DNA of 64,000 bases from Lentisphaerae bacterium GWF2_50_93 (lineage in GTDB: Bacteria > Verrucomicrobiota > Lentisphaeria > Victivallales > GWF2-50-93): positions 12,224-76,223 of the forward strand of contig MHBI01000088.1 of NCBI GenBank assembly GCA_001804815.1. Reading direction: 5' to 3'. Within the stretch, counting starts at the first letter, position 1; each line of letters begins with the position of its first letter. The notes under the pieces are model-generated. The model was not told the DNA's origin. It saw only the letters and a program-made list of their open reading frames with translations, and ran no database searches. Positions 7,828-19,800 of the stretch are shown in pieces. A program made the translations under genes and the position numbers.

Positions 7828-10800
7828 ATGTATCAACTCGAAGAACGAATTCTATTCGATGGAGCTGCAGTGGCGGACGTTGCAGCGGCCCAGCAGGAAC
7901 AGCAGGCTCAGGACGCGCAATCCCAGACACAGGCTGATCCTTCCCAGCCCTCAGATCAGAACCAGCCTCAAAACACTCAAGACCCGTCCCCTATTCTGAA
8001 CCCGGATTCCGCCCCGGCCGTCCAGAACACCGACATTGCAGCAGACGCCACCCCCGTCGCAGCCGCAATAGATCCGTCCGCTTCAGCAGCCCAGTCCGCA
8101 GACCCCCAGGTGAACGTACTCGTTGTTTCCGACTCGCTTGAAAACGCCGACACCCTTTTCCAGAGCGCCAATTCCAGCACCATCGTCGTCAAATACGACC
8201 CGAAGACAACCACAAGCACAGAACTCCTACAGCAGATAACCGACGCGCTCAACGGCGAAGAGGCCGACAGCATAGGTTTCGTGACGGACAAGGCGCACGA
8301 CGGGGCGATTGAGCTCTTCGCCGACAGCGATACTTCCGCGCAATCCCTTTCCTCCGAAGCCCAGCAGAATTTCTGGAACGGCGTTGAAGGCCTCCTCGGT
8401 GAAAACGGCAAAGTAAACATCTTCGCCTCTGATCTCGCCTCAACTGAAAACGGACGCCATCTCGTAGATTCACTTTCACAGATCACCAACCACCAGGTCG
8501 CCGCAAGCACCGACGTGACCGGCGATGCCGACGCAGGCGGAAACTGGGAGCTCGAATATGTAGCCAAGGGCACAGGCTCGGTAGATCTCATCGACCAGTA
8601 TTTCGACCGCGAAGCAATGCAGTCCTTCGACCACCGCATCGAGAATCCGACGGAAATCGCATTCATAGATTCCTCGGTCAGGAGCATAGACACCATCGTC
8701 AGCCAGCTTGACAGCGACGTCGAGATCGTATACCTGAGCAGGGACAACGCCTTCAACGACATCACCTCCTACCTTGAAGGCCGCACCGATGTCGATTCCA
8801 TCAGCCTTATTTCCGATGCCGACTACACCACAGGTGGATTCTTCCTTGGCAACGACGTCGTCAACGCCGACTTCCTGGCGACCCACCAGGCTGAACTTGC
8901 CGCATGGGGCAAATCGATGTCGGCCGATGGCGACATCATGATCTATGGCTGCAACGTAGCGAAGGATCAGGTTGGCAAGGATCTGATCAGCCAGATAGCA
9001 ACGGTCACCGGCGCGGACGTGGCCGCATCAACCGATATTACAGGTCTTGCCGGCAACTGGGACCTCGAATACAACGTCGGCCAGATCCAGGCCCAGAATT
9101 TTGTGATAAACAACTACTATCATAATCTCAACACTCTCACAGTCAGGCGCCTTGATGACTACAACGTGACCAACCCCTTTGAAGTAACCGAATCCAACCT
9201 GACCCTCCGTGAAGCCGTCCTCATAGCTGCAGACGGCGACAATATCGTATTTGCAGACTATACGGTGCTGCACAACGCGAACAGTTCGACTCCTGACACA
9301 CCCATAGCCGCCTGGCGCGACGGACACGTTTTCCTTTCCTCAGCCATATATCATATCCATGCTGATGGAACCGTCGACTATTCCCTGGTCGCCACCCTGA
9401 CCATCAAGACAAATATCACGATTGATGGAACAATCTTAACTCCTGCCTGGGATGACCCTGTTTCAAAAACCCATCATAATGCCGTCAACAATGGAGTCAT
9501 TCTCAATGCGGCCAGCGTTACTGGTCTTGCTCCAGGAGTCGATCCAGCCCCTGGCATTGCCGGCGCAACTTTCCGCAATGTTGTTATTGACTCTCAGATG
9601 AACCCTGACCTGACCGGTGTCACGCTCCAGCATATGTACCTATATAATGGAGCGACATCGGCAGGCGACTCCGCTATAGCAGCAGGCAACGGTGGCGGTC
9701 TTTATATTACCAATAATTCTTCTGTCCTCATGAGTAGCGTAGATGTTTCAGGCTGCAGGGCCGACTACGGCGGTGGAATATACAATGCTGGAATATTGAA
9801 GACGGAATTCGTTGGCGGTCCCGGAGCCATGGATATCTATGGGAACAACTCCAATTATTCAGGCGGTGGAGTTTACAATGCAGGTTCAGGAACCATAACA
9901 ACGCTTACCTGGGTTTACAATAATGTTGCTGGAGAGCATGGCGGTGGAATTTATAATGCCGGAGATATCACCGTCAGCGGCATGGACACTACTTCACTTG
10001 GACAGGTCAAGGTATATAACAATACAGCATTGGCAGGCGATGGAGGAGGCATTTACAGCAGTAATGGCAATATTACCATGTCATTCGTGTCAGTTGGCGA
10101 TCAACTGCTTGGTGGAAATTCCGCGATAAACGGCGGTGGAATATACATATTCTCGAACTACCAGCAGGCGACTCCAATGCATTTCACATTTGTCAACCTG
10201 TATAACAATGTCGCATCAGGCAATGGCGGCGGTCTTTTCCTGACCAACGGAAACTCCACTTCGACTGCAAACGTCTTCGAGTATGAGTGGAGCCATGTCG
10301 AAGGCAACTCCGCTGCAGCAGGCAACGGAGGAGGAATCTACCTTTTCAACAATGCCGGCAATATTCTCATTGCGACAGTCATAACTCCTTATACTGAATA
10401 CAATACGCAGTCATCGATAAATGCAAACGGCGCCGCCAATGGCGCCGGAGTATATATACAGAACTGCGCAAACGTGACAATCGATTTTTTAAACATGTCT
10501 GGAAATATAGCTACAGCAAACGGTGGAGCAATAATGGTCAAGGACTCTGGGACCATTACTTTGACAGACATGGAAATTGCCAGTAATTCCGCTGATCTCG
10601 GCGGTGGAATCTACTACACAAACACCACTTCCGGCTCACTCAATGTCCAAAGAAGCAATATCAGCAATAATGATGCGACGACTGCCGGTGGCGGTATTTA
10701 CCAGGCCAACGGTATCTTGTTCATAGAGAATGATACACTTTCCTTCAACGGAAGCGCTACGTGCCTAGGTGGTGCCATATACATGGACTATGGAAATCTC

Positions 10801-13800
10801 AATATAAATTTTGCCACACTTGCATATAACAGCGGTATTGGTGCGGCCATATATATCGATGGCGATGCGGCCGCGGCGAACAAAAGCGTTCTCACCGTCA
10901 AGAATTCCATTATCTATAATCGTGACGCCAGCACTGCAGCGGAAACGTTCACCTCGCAGATACGTCTCCCTGCTGCGGCCGAGATAACTTCAACGTTCAG
11001 CCTCACAAGCAATATCTACAGCCATTACGGCGAAGATCTTTTACAGAATCCGCTTGAACTTCCGAACAGGGGATATTCCCTCAATCTTGGCGATGTATCG
11101 GCAAACAAGCTGATCGGCGGCATAAAGGGAAGTGCGGAATCAGAGTACATAGAGAGCAATATCTACCTCGACGACACCCTCATGTATGCGGCAAACTACA
11201 GGACAATGTGCCTTGCCGTTTTGAGCCAGGACAGCATTGCCTACCTCACCGGTTCAGCCGGAATCACATACGACCAGCGCGGAAACGTGCGTGGTTCAAC
11301 ATGGACCTGGGATGCCACAAAGCAGACTTGGACCAAGGTTTCCGGAAAATATGCAATTGGAGCATTTGAGCCTCTATTCCATGTTGAAGTCGACAGCAAA
11401 GGTGATGACTCGATGCTTTGGTTTACTGGCGATGAAAATGCACATTTTTTCAATAGTGCCTCAGGCGGAACCGGCTTGACCCTGCGCGAAGCCGCATATT
11501 GGATAGATACGCGCGCAACACTCAAGACTTATACTGATCCTGTAACACTTTTAAATCCTCTTACAGGGCTTTACGACTCGCGCTATATAGGATTCGACAA
11601 GACTGTATTCGCCTCGACCAATTCCAACAATAACATCCAGCTTAACTATGGACAGATTGAAATAGGCGGACGCTGGAGCGGCACGTTATGGGACAGCTCC
11701 GGTTCCAAGAGGGATATCGCGATAGGATATCTAATCAGGGATGTTGACCAGTCAGGAAATTTGACAGCCCACGACGACACTCTCCGCGCAAAGGATGATG
11801 CAAGCAGAATTACCGTTCTTGCCGGAAACAGCGGCGGCGGAGTCAACAGATTGTTCATGAATACAGCGGGATCCGCACTGTCCGTCAACAACCTCACACT
11901 TTCAGGCGGAGTAGGCACGCAAGATGGTACACAGTTCAGTCTAGATGGATTTGGCGGCGGCATAAGAAACGATGCTGTTTTGTATTTGACGAACGTAGTC
12001 ATCCAGAACTGCTCGACTTCCGGCAGTGGAAACGTGGAAACAGCTAGTGGCGGCGGTCTTGGCGGAGGACTCTACAACTCAAGCACCGGAAATGCATATG
12101 TATATGATTCATCCTTCCTCAACAACACCGTCACCTGCATAAGGGACAATGCCAAAATATCAGTTGTAAGCTCAGGATACGGTGGTGGAATAGCCAACTG
12201 GGGCACGATTATAATTGATCGTTCACAGATCAGCGGCAACTTGGCCACTGGCGTGACAGACATAGGAGACGCAATGCTCGGCGGTGGAATCTTCAACATC
12301 GCAAATATGACCATTACGCGTTCTGAAATCACCCAGAACACCGTATCAGGCTTCACCATCGACAACGGCGGAGTGAAAGGCGCAGGAATCGCAAACTATG
12401 GCAATCTCAAAATAGCGAACAGCACTATTGCAGAGAATACCCTCAACACATTGAGCGTAGCGATCAACAGGAGCGTCGACGAGGTAACAAAACTGCCTCT
12501 TTACTCATGGGGCAGCTATGGCTCCGGAATCTTCAATTACGGAACCAGCCTTATATCCTATTATAACACGATAATGAACAATCAGACCCTCGTCAACGAT
12601 GCTTCCTTCTGGAATGCTTCAACACAGAAGGGCAACAACCTAAGTTCACTTGCCGCATTGTATAACGCGGACGGAAGCCCGTTGCAGCTTTCAAACTCGA
12701 TCCTTACCGGAAACAAGGTAGTCCTTTCCCTCAATAGTCCGGAAGTCCAGCAGAGGGCGGACATATATGTCCGCACCTTTGGCGACGTGGTCGTGGATGG
12801 CGCCGGCGATAGCGATGGCTGCCATAACGTCATCGGCGCATTCAATGGTCCTGCTCTAGAAAGCGAATATTACTACCTTCCGATTGACACACCGGCACTT
12901 CCTACTATAAATACACCGGTATATTACGAACTTACCTATAATGGCACCACGCAGGTATGGACTCCGGTTTATGAATATGTTGCTATTCTGGATGCTTCTA
13001 AACCTACTGTGGCGACAGGTTTTGACTGGTCGGACGTCGCGCTTAACAACACCGTTGGCTTCTACAGTCTCATCGCACCCAGCGCACAAGTTGATTATCT
13101 GAGCATAAATATCACCACCCCCACCAATATACCAACTTCTCTCATGCAGAACCCGTATGTGCTCGCGCATGCACTTACTACGCCGTTCATCTATGTCGAA
13201 GAACTGGACAATGGAGGAGTGGCTACCGGAAAATGGTTCAGAGTCAATGCCGATGGTACTTTCTCATACATCAACACTCTCAACCGCGCCAGCGATCCGG
13301 CAAATCTCTATGAAGGGCTTTATCTTGCAGACAAGACTACGCCGTACGCTTTCACCACCGCTAATACCGTATATTCAGTAGACGTATATACAGCTACACA
13401 ACCCGGTGCAACTACTCTCATTGACTCCGACCCCGCACATCCATACCCCGGCGGAACAGTTCCAGACACCAACAATCCGCGCTACGGGCTGGTCGACAAT
13501 CTGAACATGGAATACACCCTCGCCTACAATGGTGGAATGACACGTTCATACCGCGTCCTTGCCGGAAGCGTAGCTATGGATACGGCCTTGAACCATGGTA
13601 TTATCGTTGCAAATACGTTTGGATTTAATGATGCGACATACTACACCGACCAGCGTGGAGCGTCACGCACAAATATCGATGGCGACCCGACGAACATTGG
13701 AGCTTTCGACTCGTTGGTGGCTGAACTGGTCGTAGGTAGCACCTATGACAGCGCGACGCCGAGAACAGGATTTGATTATACCACATACACTCCCCTCTGG

Positions 13801-16800
13801 TTGAGCGACACTCTGACCCTCCGCGAAGCTGTAAGCCTTGCCGACGACGGTTCCGACATCACATTCAAGGACACCTGGCAGAAGAATGGGACAAAATATA
13901 TTGCTGATCCTGCCGCACCCACCGTGACAACGACAGTCGTAAACGAACTTGATGCCAATGGAAACCTCATCATCAATCTCGTAGGTGGCGAATTGTATAT
14001 AAACCGCGCAATTGTGGGCATTGACGGAGTGTTCAGCTGGAACGAAGTTAATGCTGCTGGAGTCATAACTGCCACACACACGGGCAGCATAGCCCAGCTT
14101 AAAGCCGGTACAAACAGCAGGATTTTCGATATTGTCACTCCTTCGACCTCTTTCGATTACTCGGATATCAGAATCAGCAACATGTCAATGTCCGGCGGAA
14201 ATGTGACCGGCAATGGCGGCGGAATTTTCTCAGCCTCCAACCTGACCCTTAACAATGTTACCATACAGAACTGTACGGCAACTGCTGGTGCCTCTGGAAC
14301 AGACGGACTAGGCGGCGCAATCTTCTCGGATTCCGGCTATCTGATCCTGACCAACTCCATCATCAGCGGCAACACCGCCTCGATGGGTGGCGGCTTATAT
14401 GTCAGCGGCAGGAACGCAGGTTCCGGATACGTGCTTGACGTATCTGGCACAAGCATAACCGGCAATACCGCCAACAATGCGACCAACGGAAGAGGCGGAG
14501 GCGTATTCCTTCTAAGCGGCGATGCCCGCTTCCAGTTCAGCACCATCGGAGGAAACAAGGCCGTATCAGACGGCGGCGGAATCTTTGTCAACACCACCAA
14601 TGTATTCGACATGAGCAACAGCACTGTCGCGAACAACACTGCAGGCAGGAACGGCGGAGGTATTTCCTTCCTCGCGGATGGCACACTCAACCTCGACTAT
14701 ACGACCATAGCCAATAACCAGTCTGGATGGACAATTGCTGGCGCAGCTTCAGGAAATGCATTCGCGTTTGGCGGCGGAATCTATATGAACAGCGGCACGC
14801 TCAACCTTACAAATTCGATACTGGCCCAGAATTTCTGTGGCAAGTTCAACAATGCTACCGCGCTGAGCCAGAGCGGATCCATTGAATCCCCCGCCGTGGC
14901 TCTTTCTTCGGCAAACCAGGCACTCGGCATCCATGACGACCTATCCAGCAATGGAATCAACAACCTGACCACCACTGTTTACGGCGCCACTGCCGGCACG
15001 CTTAATCTTATTGGCGGCAACAAGCAGGTACAGGCAGCTGACTGGGCTTCATTCGCAACGACGAAGCTCCACGACAAGCTCACCGACAATGGCGGACGTA
15101 CCAAGACTGTCTATGTGTTCAACAGCGCATATTTCAACATCGTCGGAGCCGCTGGCGGTCTTGATCAGACACATCTTGAAACCTTTACAGCCCGCAGCAC
15201 CATGGGCGCCTACGAGAATTCCGTCTCCAAGGTACTCTACTATGTCTCCGGCGTGATAGGCGCTGGCAGCGACAGCGGATCCACCTGGGTCAGCCAGAAC
15301 GTACCAGGAACTACTCTCACCGAAGCTGATGGCATATTGAATGCGAACAACACCATATTCGTGTTTGATGATGGCCATTATTCAATGGACACTGGCGCTG
15401 TCAGCAATCTTGCTGGATACGCTGCAGGAACTACGACCATTGCCGTCAATGGCTTTGCCGGTGCAATAGCTGTTGGCAGCTATTTTACAATTGCCGGGGA
15501 TCCAAATGTACACCAGGTCCTCAGCACAGTTGGCGGGTCGACGCCTACATCCATAACTTTCTCCAATGCCCTTGCAAATGCTGTAGTTAATACCGCCGTC
15601 ATTACTTTCCTGAACCCGGCCCTCGACCACAACTGGACCGTCAATGGTCCTGACTGGACAGGAAAGTACACTTCGCATATAGCGCTCATCAACGATGCCC
15701 ACTTGGTAATAGCCGCACATGCCACTGGTACTACTACTCCTCTGGCTCTCAACGGGAAAATAGTCGTCAATGACGATGACCCTTCGATAACACCTTATCT
15801 TACTGAAACATCGACACTTGAGTTCCAGACGACAAATCTTGATTCCGTCAAGCTGTCAGTCGCCCATACTGCAACAAGCTCCACAACGGTAATCTACAGT
15901 TCCACCGCATCAACCCAGAAGGTGCTTGCCGTCGACTGCGTGACAGGTGGTGCAATGGAATATGACAACCTCACGCTCCTTGGCAAAACTGGAACCACTC
16001 TCAGCACAAAGACCGCTTATGGCCCGATGAACATAAATGAAGACCTCTCGGTTGGCAATGGCACCGACAATGTCAAGCTGAACGTCCTGAATGTAAACGG
16101 ATCCGGCAACGCGGACCTCCAGATCCTTAGAAATCCTTTGGATAACGCTCGAGCAAACGCAATCCACAATTTTGGAGAAATAGTTGCGGGCAATATAAAC
16201 ATCAGTAATGTTACATCCGGCGTCACTGTTGACGGCGGTGGAAGCATCAAGGCCACTCAGTTCATGGATCTGACCAACGTCATCATCAATACGCAGAAGG
16301 CCATCACCGTCTCCGGCGGTGATCTGACGATGACCAATGTCTCGCTGATCGGTCCTGCAGGCATTATGACAGCCAGTGTCAGCGGCGATGTCTATATGAA
16401 CGGCTTAGCCATGAATCTGACAAATGTTACGATGACCATGGGCACCGGAAAGAAAGCATACATGGGCAATGCCGTGCTCTCCACGGTCAATCTCCATGGA
16501 AATGTCACCATCGGCGGAACCGCCAATTCACTGGTACTGGGCAATGCAAGCATCATGGTTGACGGCCTCAGCAACGTCATAAACTCAAAGGGAGGAATGG
16601 ATGTAAGCACACTTGCCTGGACAGCTGGACGGACCATACAGGTAATTGACGGTGTCAACGGAGCGCTCAAGATTGACATCGGAGCACAGAATCTAAATAT
16701 CACACCTGCTGCCACAAACAGCACCGCGACACTGCTGAACTTCGGACTCGACCGTCTAGTGATTAATGCAAGCAACAAGTTTGAAATTGTCACCACCGGC

Positions 16801-19800
16801 TCAGTAACTTCCGGTGCCGCAGCAGCAGCACCCGGAGCGATCAACGGTACGCTGGGATTGTCAGGCAAGATCAACCTCGACAATACTTTCGTAGACGTAG
16901 TAAAACCCGCTGCAACCCTTGAACTCGGCGGAACCATCCTAGTCCAGACGAACAATCTTTCTACAGCGAACAGCCTTGTCCTCTCCGGCCTTATCACTGT
17001 CGACAAGATCCTTGTCCCAGGGGCGATAACGATTTCTTCGACAAGTGGAAGCCTTACTCTCGCCAATGTCGGTTCTTTCACAGGCAATAAGCAGGATCTT
17101 ACACTAAATGCGGCTACCAGCGTCACCCTCGGCACTATTACTAGCGTCAAGACGCTTACCGTAAATGCCGGAACAGACATACAGCTTTCCAAGGCGATCA
17201 CGGTCGGAGGAGATCTGAATCTTTCCGCGACAGGCAGCATATTAGGTGCCTTCAAGACCATTTCGGCGACCGGAAACATCCTTTTCACAGGCGACATAAC
17301 CCTCCAGGATGTGACCGTCACGGCCGGAACCGGAAAATTCATCACGATCAATGACAATCTGACCCTCGACGGGAATGCCACGGTCGGATCCGCAACTTCA
17401 ACTATACGGCTTGGAAACACGATCATAACAGCACATTCCACCAACAACACCATCTACTCGAAGATACTTGATGTCAGCTTCACCCCATGGGTCGGCTCAA
17501 TCAACGTCGATGACAGCCTCGGTGCCAGCTCCCTGAAGATAAACATCTCCACGCAGGCACTTAAGCTGACAGCCAACACGACCAACAGCACAGCGACATT
17601 GTTGAACCTCGGTGTCGACCGCCTGACAGTAGATGCGAACAGCACCTTGGAAATCGCCACCACGAATGCGGCTCCCATAACTGCAGCTTCGGGCGCAGCG
17701 GCAAGCATAGCCGGAACGCTTGTACTGACAGGCAAGGCGATTGTTGACAACAACTTCACTCTCACCCTGAACAACTCCGGCATACTCAAGTTCAACGGCG
17801 AGGTCACGATCAAGAAAGACGCGATTGGCACGAACGCCACCATTTCAATGCCAAACAGCATCGTGTTTGTAGGGAACGTGAAAGTTGACACTGGCGTTAC
17901 CGGAGCCGTCTTCATTACCTCCACAAACGGAGACGTTTCAATTGGAAGCGATGTGGCCACGGTCGCAAAATACACCGGCAACAATAAGGATCTGACTCTT
18001 ACTTCGACACTCGGAGATGTTACTGTCGGAAATATTACCATGGTCAGAAATCTCCTGGTCGACGCTGGCATTGACATTAATCTGTGTAATTCAATAACAG
18101 TTGCCGGCAACGTTGAGTTCATCACTGCAAATCCTAATGGAGTCCAGGTTGGAAAAGCTTACACGACAACAGCAAGAACTGTTCTAGCCCCGATCAAAAT
18201 CACAGCCGGACTGGCCGGAACAATCGGCAACGTCAACAACACCGGTTTTGAAGCCGCCGGCGGCGACGGCAGCGAACTGCAGCTCACTGCAGGAAGCCTG
18301 GTTGCCAACAGCAGCAATATCGGTGATGTGAGCCTGAACAGGTCGCTTACCCTCCTGAAAGGCAATTTTGCCAGTGGAGACATAACATTGACGGCCAACG
18401 CCGCAAATCTTATTACCAAGGCTGCGCTCAATGTCACCGGCGATATTGATATCCAGGGCAACGGCAAGCTTGAGAACTCCGTAGTCCTTACGGTTTCAGG
18501 GGATATCCAGCTTGCCGGCGGAGCCTCGACAAGCATAATCAACAATCTTGCAACTGGTACAATCAACACGGCGACCATCCATCTTCTCGACACGACTTTT
18601 GCAGGAACACTCAACAACGTCGGTGGGTTCAATGTTGTCGGCGCCATCAATAATCCTGGCGGCTATGCAATCGGGACTACAACTATCAATGTCAATGGAT
18701 TCAACGGCGCAATAGCGGTTGGAAGCTATATTACGATCGCCGGCGATGCAAATACCCATAAGGTCATAAGCACGGTTGGCGGCGCAACTCCGACATCAAT
18801 AACTTTCAGCACTCCTCTTGTAAGCGCAATAGGTGATTTGACAGTCGTTACAAGAGTTGTCAATACCGGAGTGACTAGCATATCTGTTACAGGATTTACC
18901 GGACCTATATCGGTTGGAAGCTTTGTTACAATCGCCGGTGATGCGACAAATCATAGAGTAATGAGCGTTGTCGGTGGAGCTACACCTACATCAATAACTA
19001 TCAGCGAAGGCCTCAAGGCCCCTGTTGCCGTTGATGCCGCTATTACTGTCCACGCCCCTGCGAGCATTACCAACCTGGGAACAATAAACGCAACTGGAGC
19101 AGTATCGCTTGTAGGCGGTAAATTGACCAATTCAAAGACATTTGCCGCTGCTTCGATAGCAAATACGTTTGTTGGAGATCTGGCCAATTCAAATTATGGA
19201 AATCTGACCAATTCAGGAATAGTTGCGGGAGGAATGACGGTTACAGGCAACATTGATCTCATCAGCACCGGTGGCCTGACCAATACCGGAATCATTTCAG
19301 CGGCTGATTACAATCTTGAAAAAGGAAACCTGTCCAACTCAAAGACCTTTACGTCAACAGGCAGCATCACATTCGCGGACAGCGGCTCCCTCACGAATGC
19401 CGGAGCCATGACCGTAGCCAATGATGTCACCCTTGTATTGAAAGGCGCATTAAACAACAATACTGGATCGATGACAGTCGGCGGTGACATCAACATGATG
19501 GACGGGACTCTCACGAACAAAGCAGGAATGACCGTCAGCGGTGCTGCAGGAATCCAGTTCACCGGCAAGGGCAGCTTGATCAACTCATCTACATTGAAGA
19601 CCGATGTGATATCAATGAATGATCTTGATATTGTCGCTCCAAAGACTGGCAATTTCACGAATTCCGGAACTGTTTTAAGCAAGGCGGGACTTGGAGGAGT
19701 GACAGATATCAGTCTCCTAAATGCAGGAGTCCTCACAAATACTGGCATTAATATGAATGTGGATTCAATAACTTTGACTGGCACAGCCGCATTGAACAAC

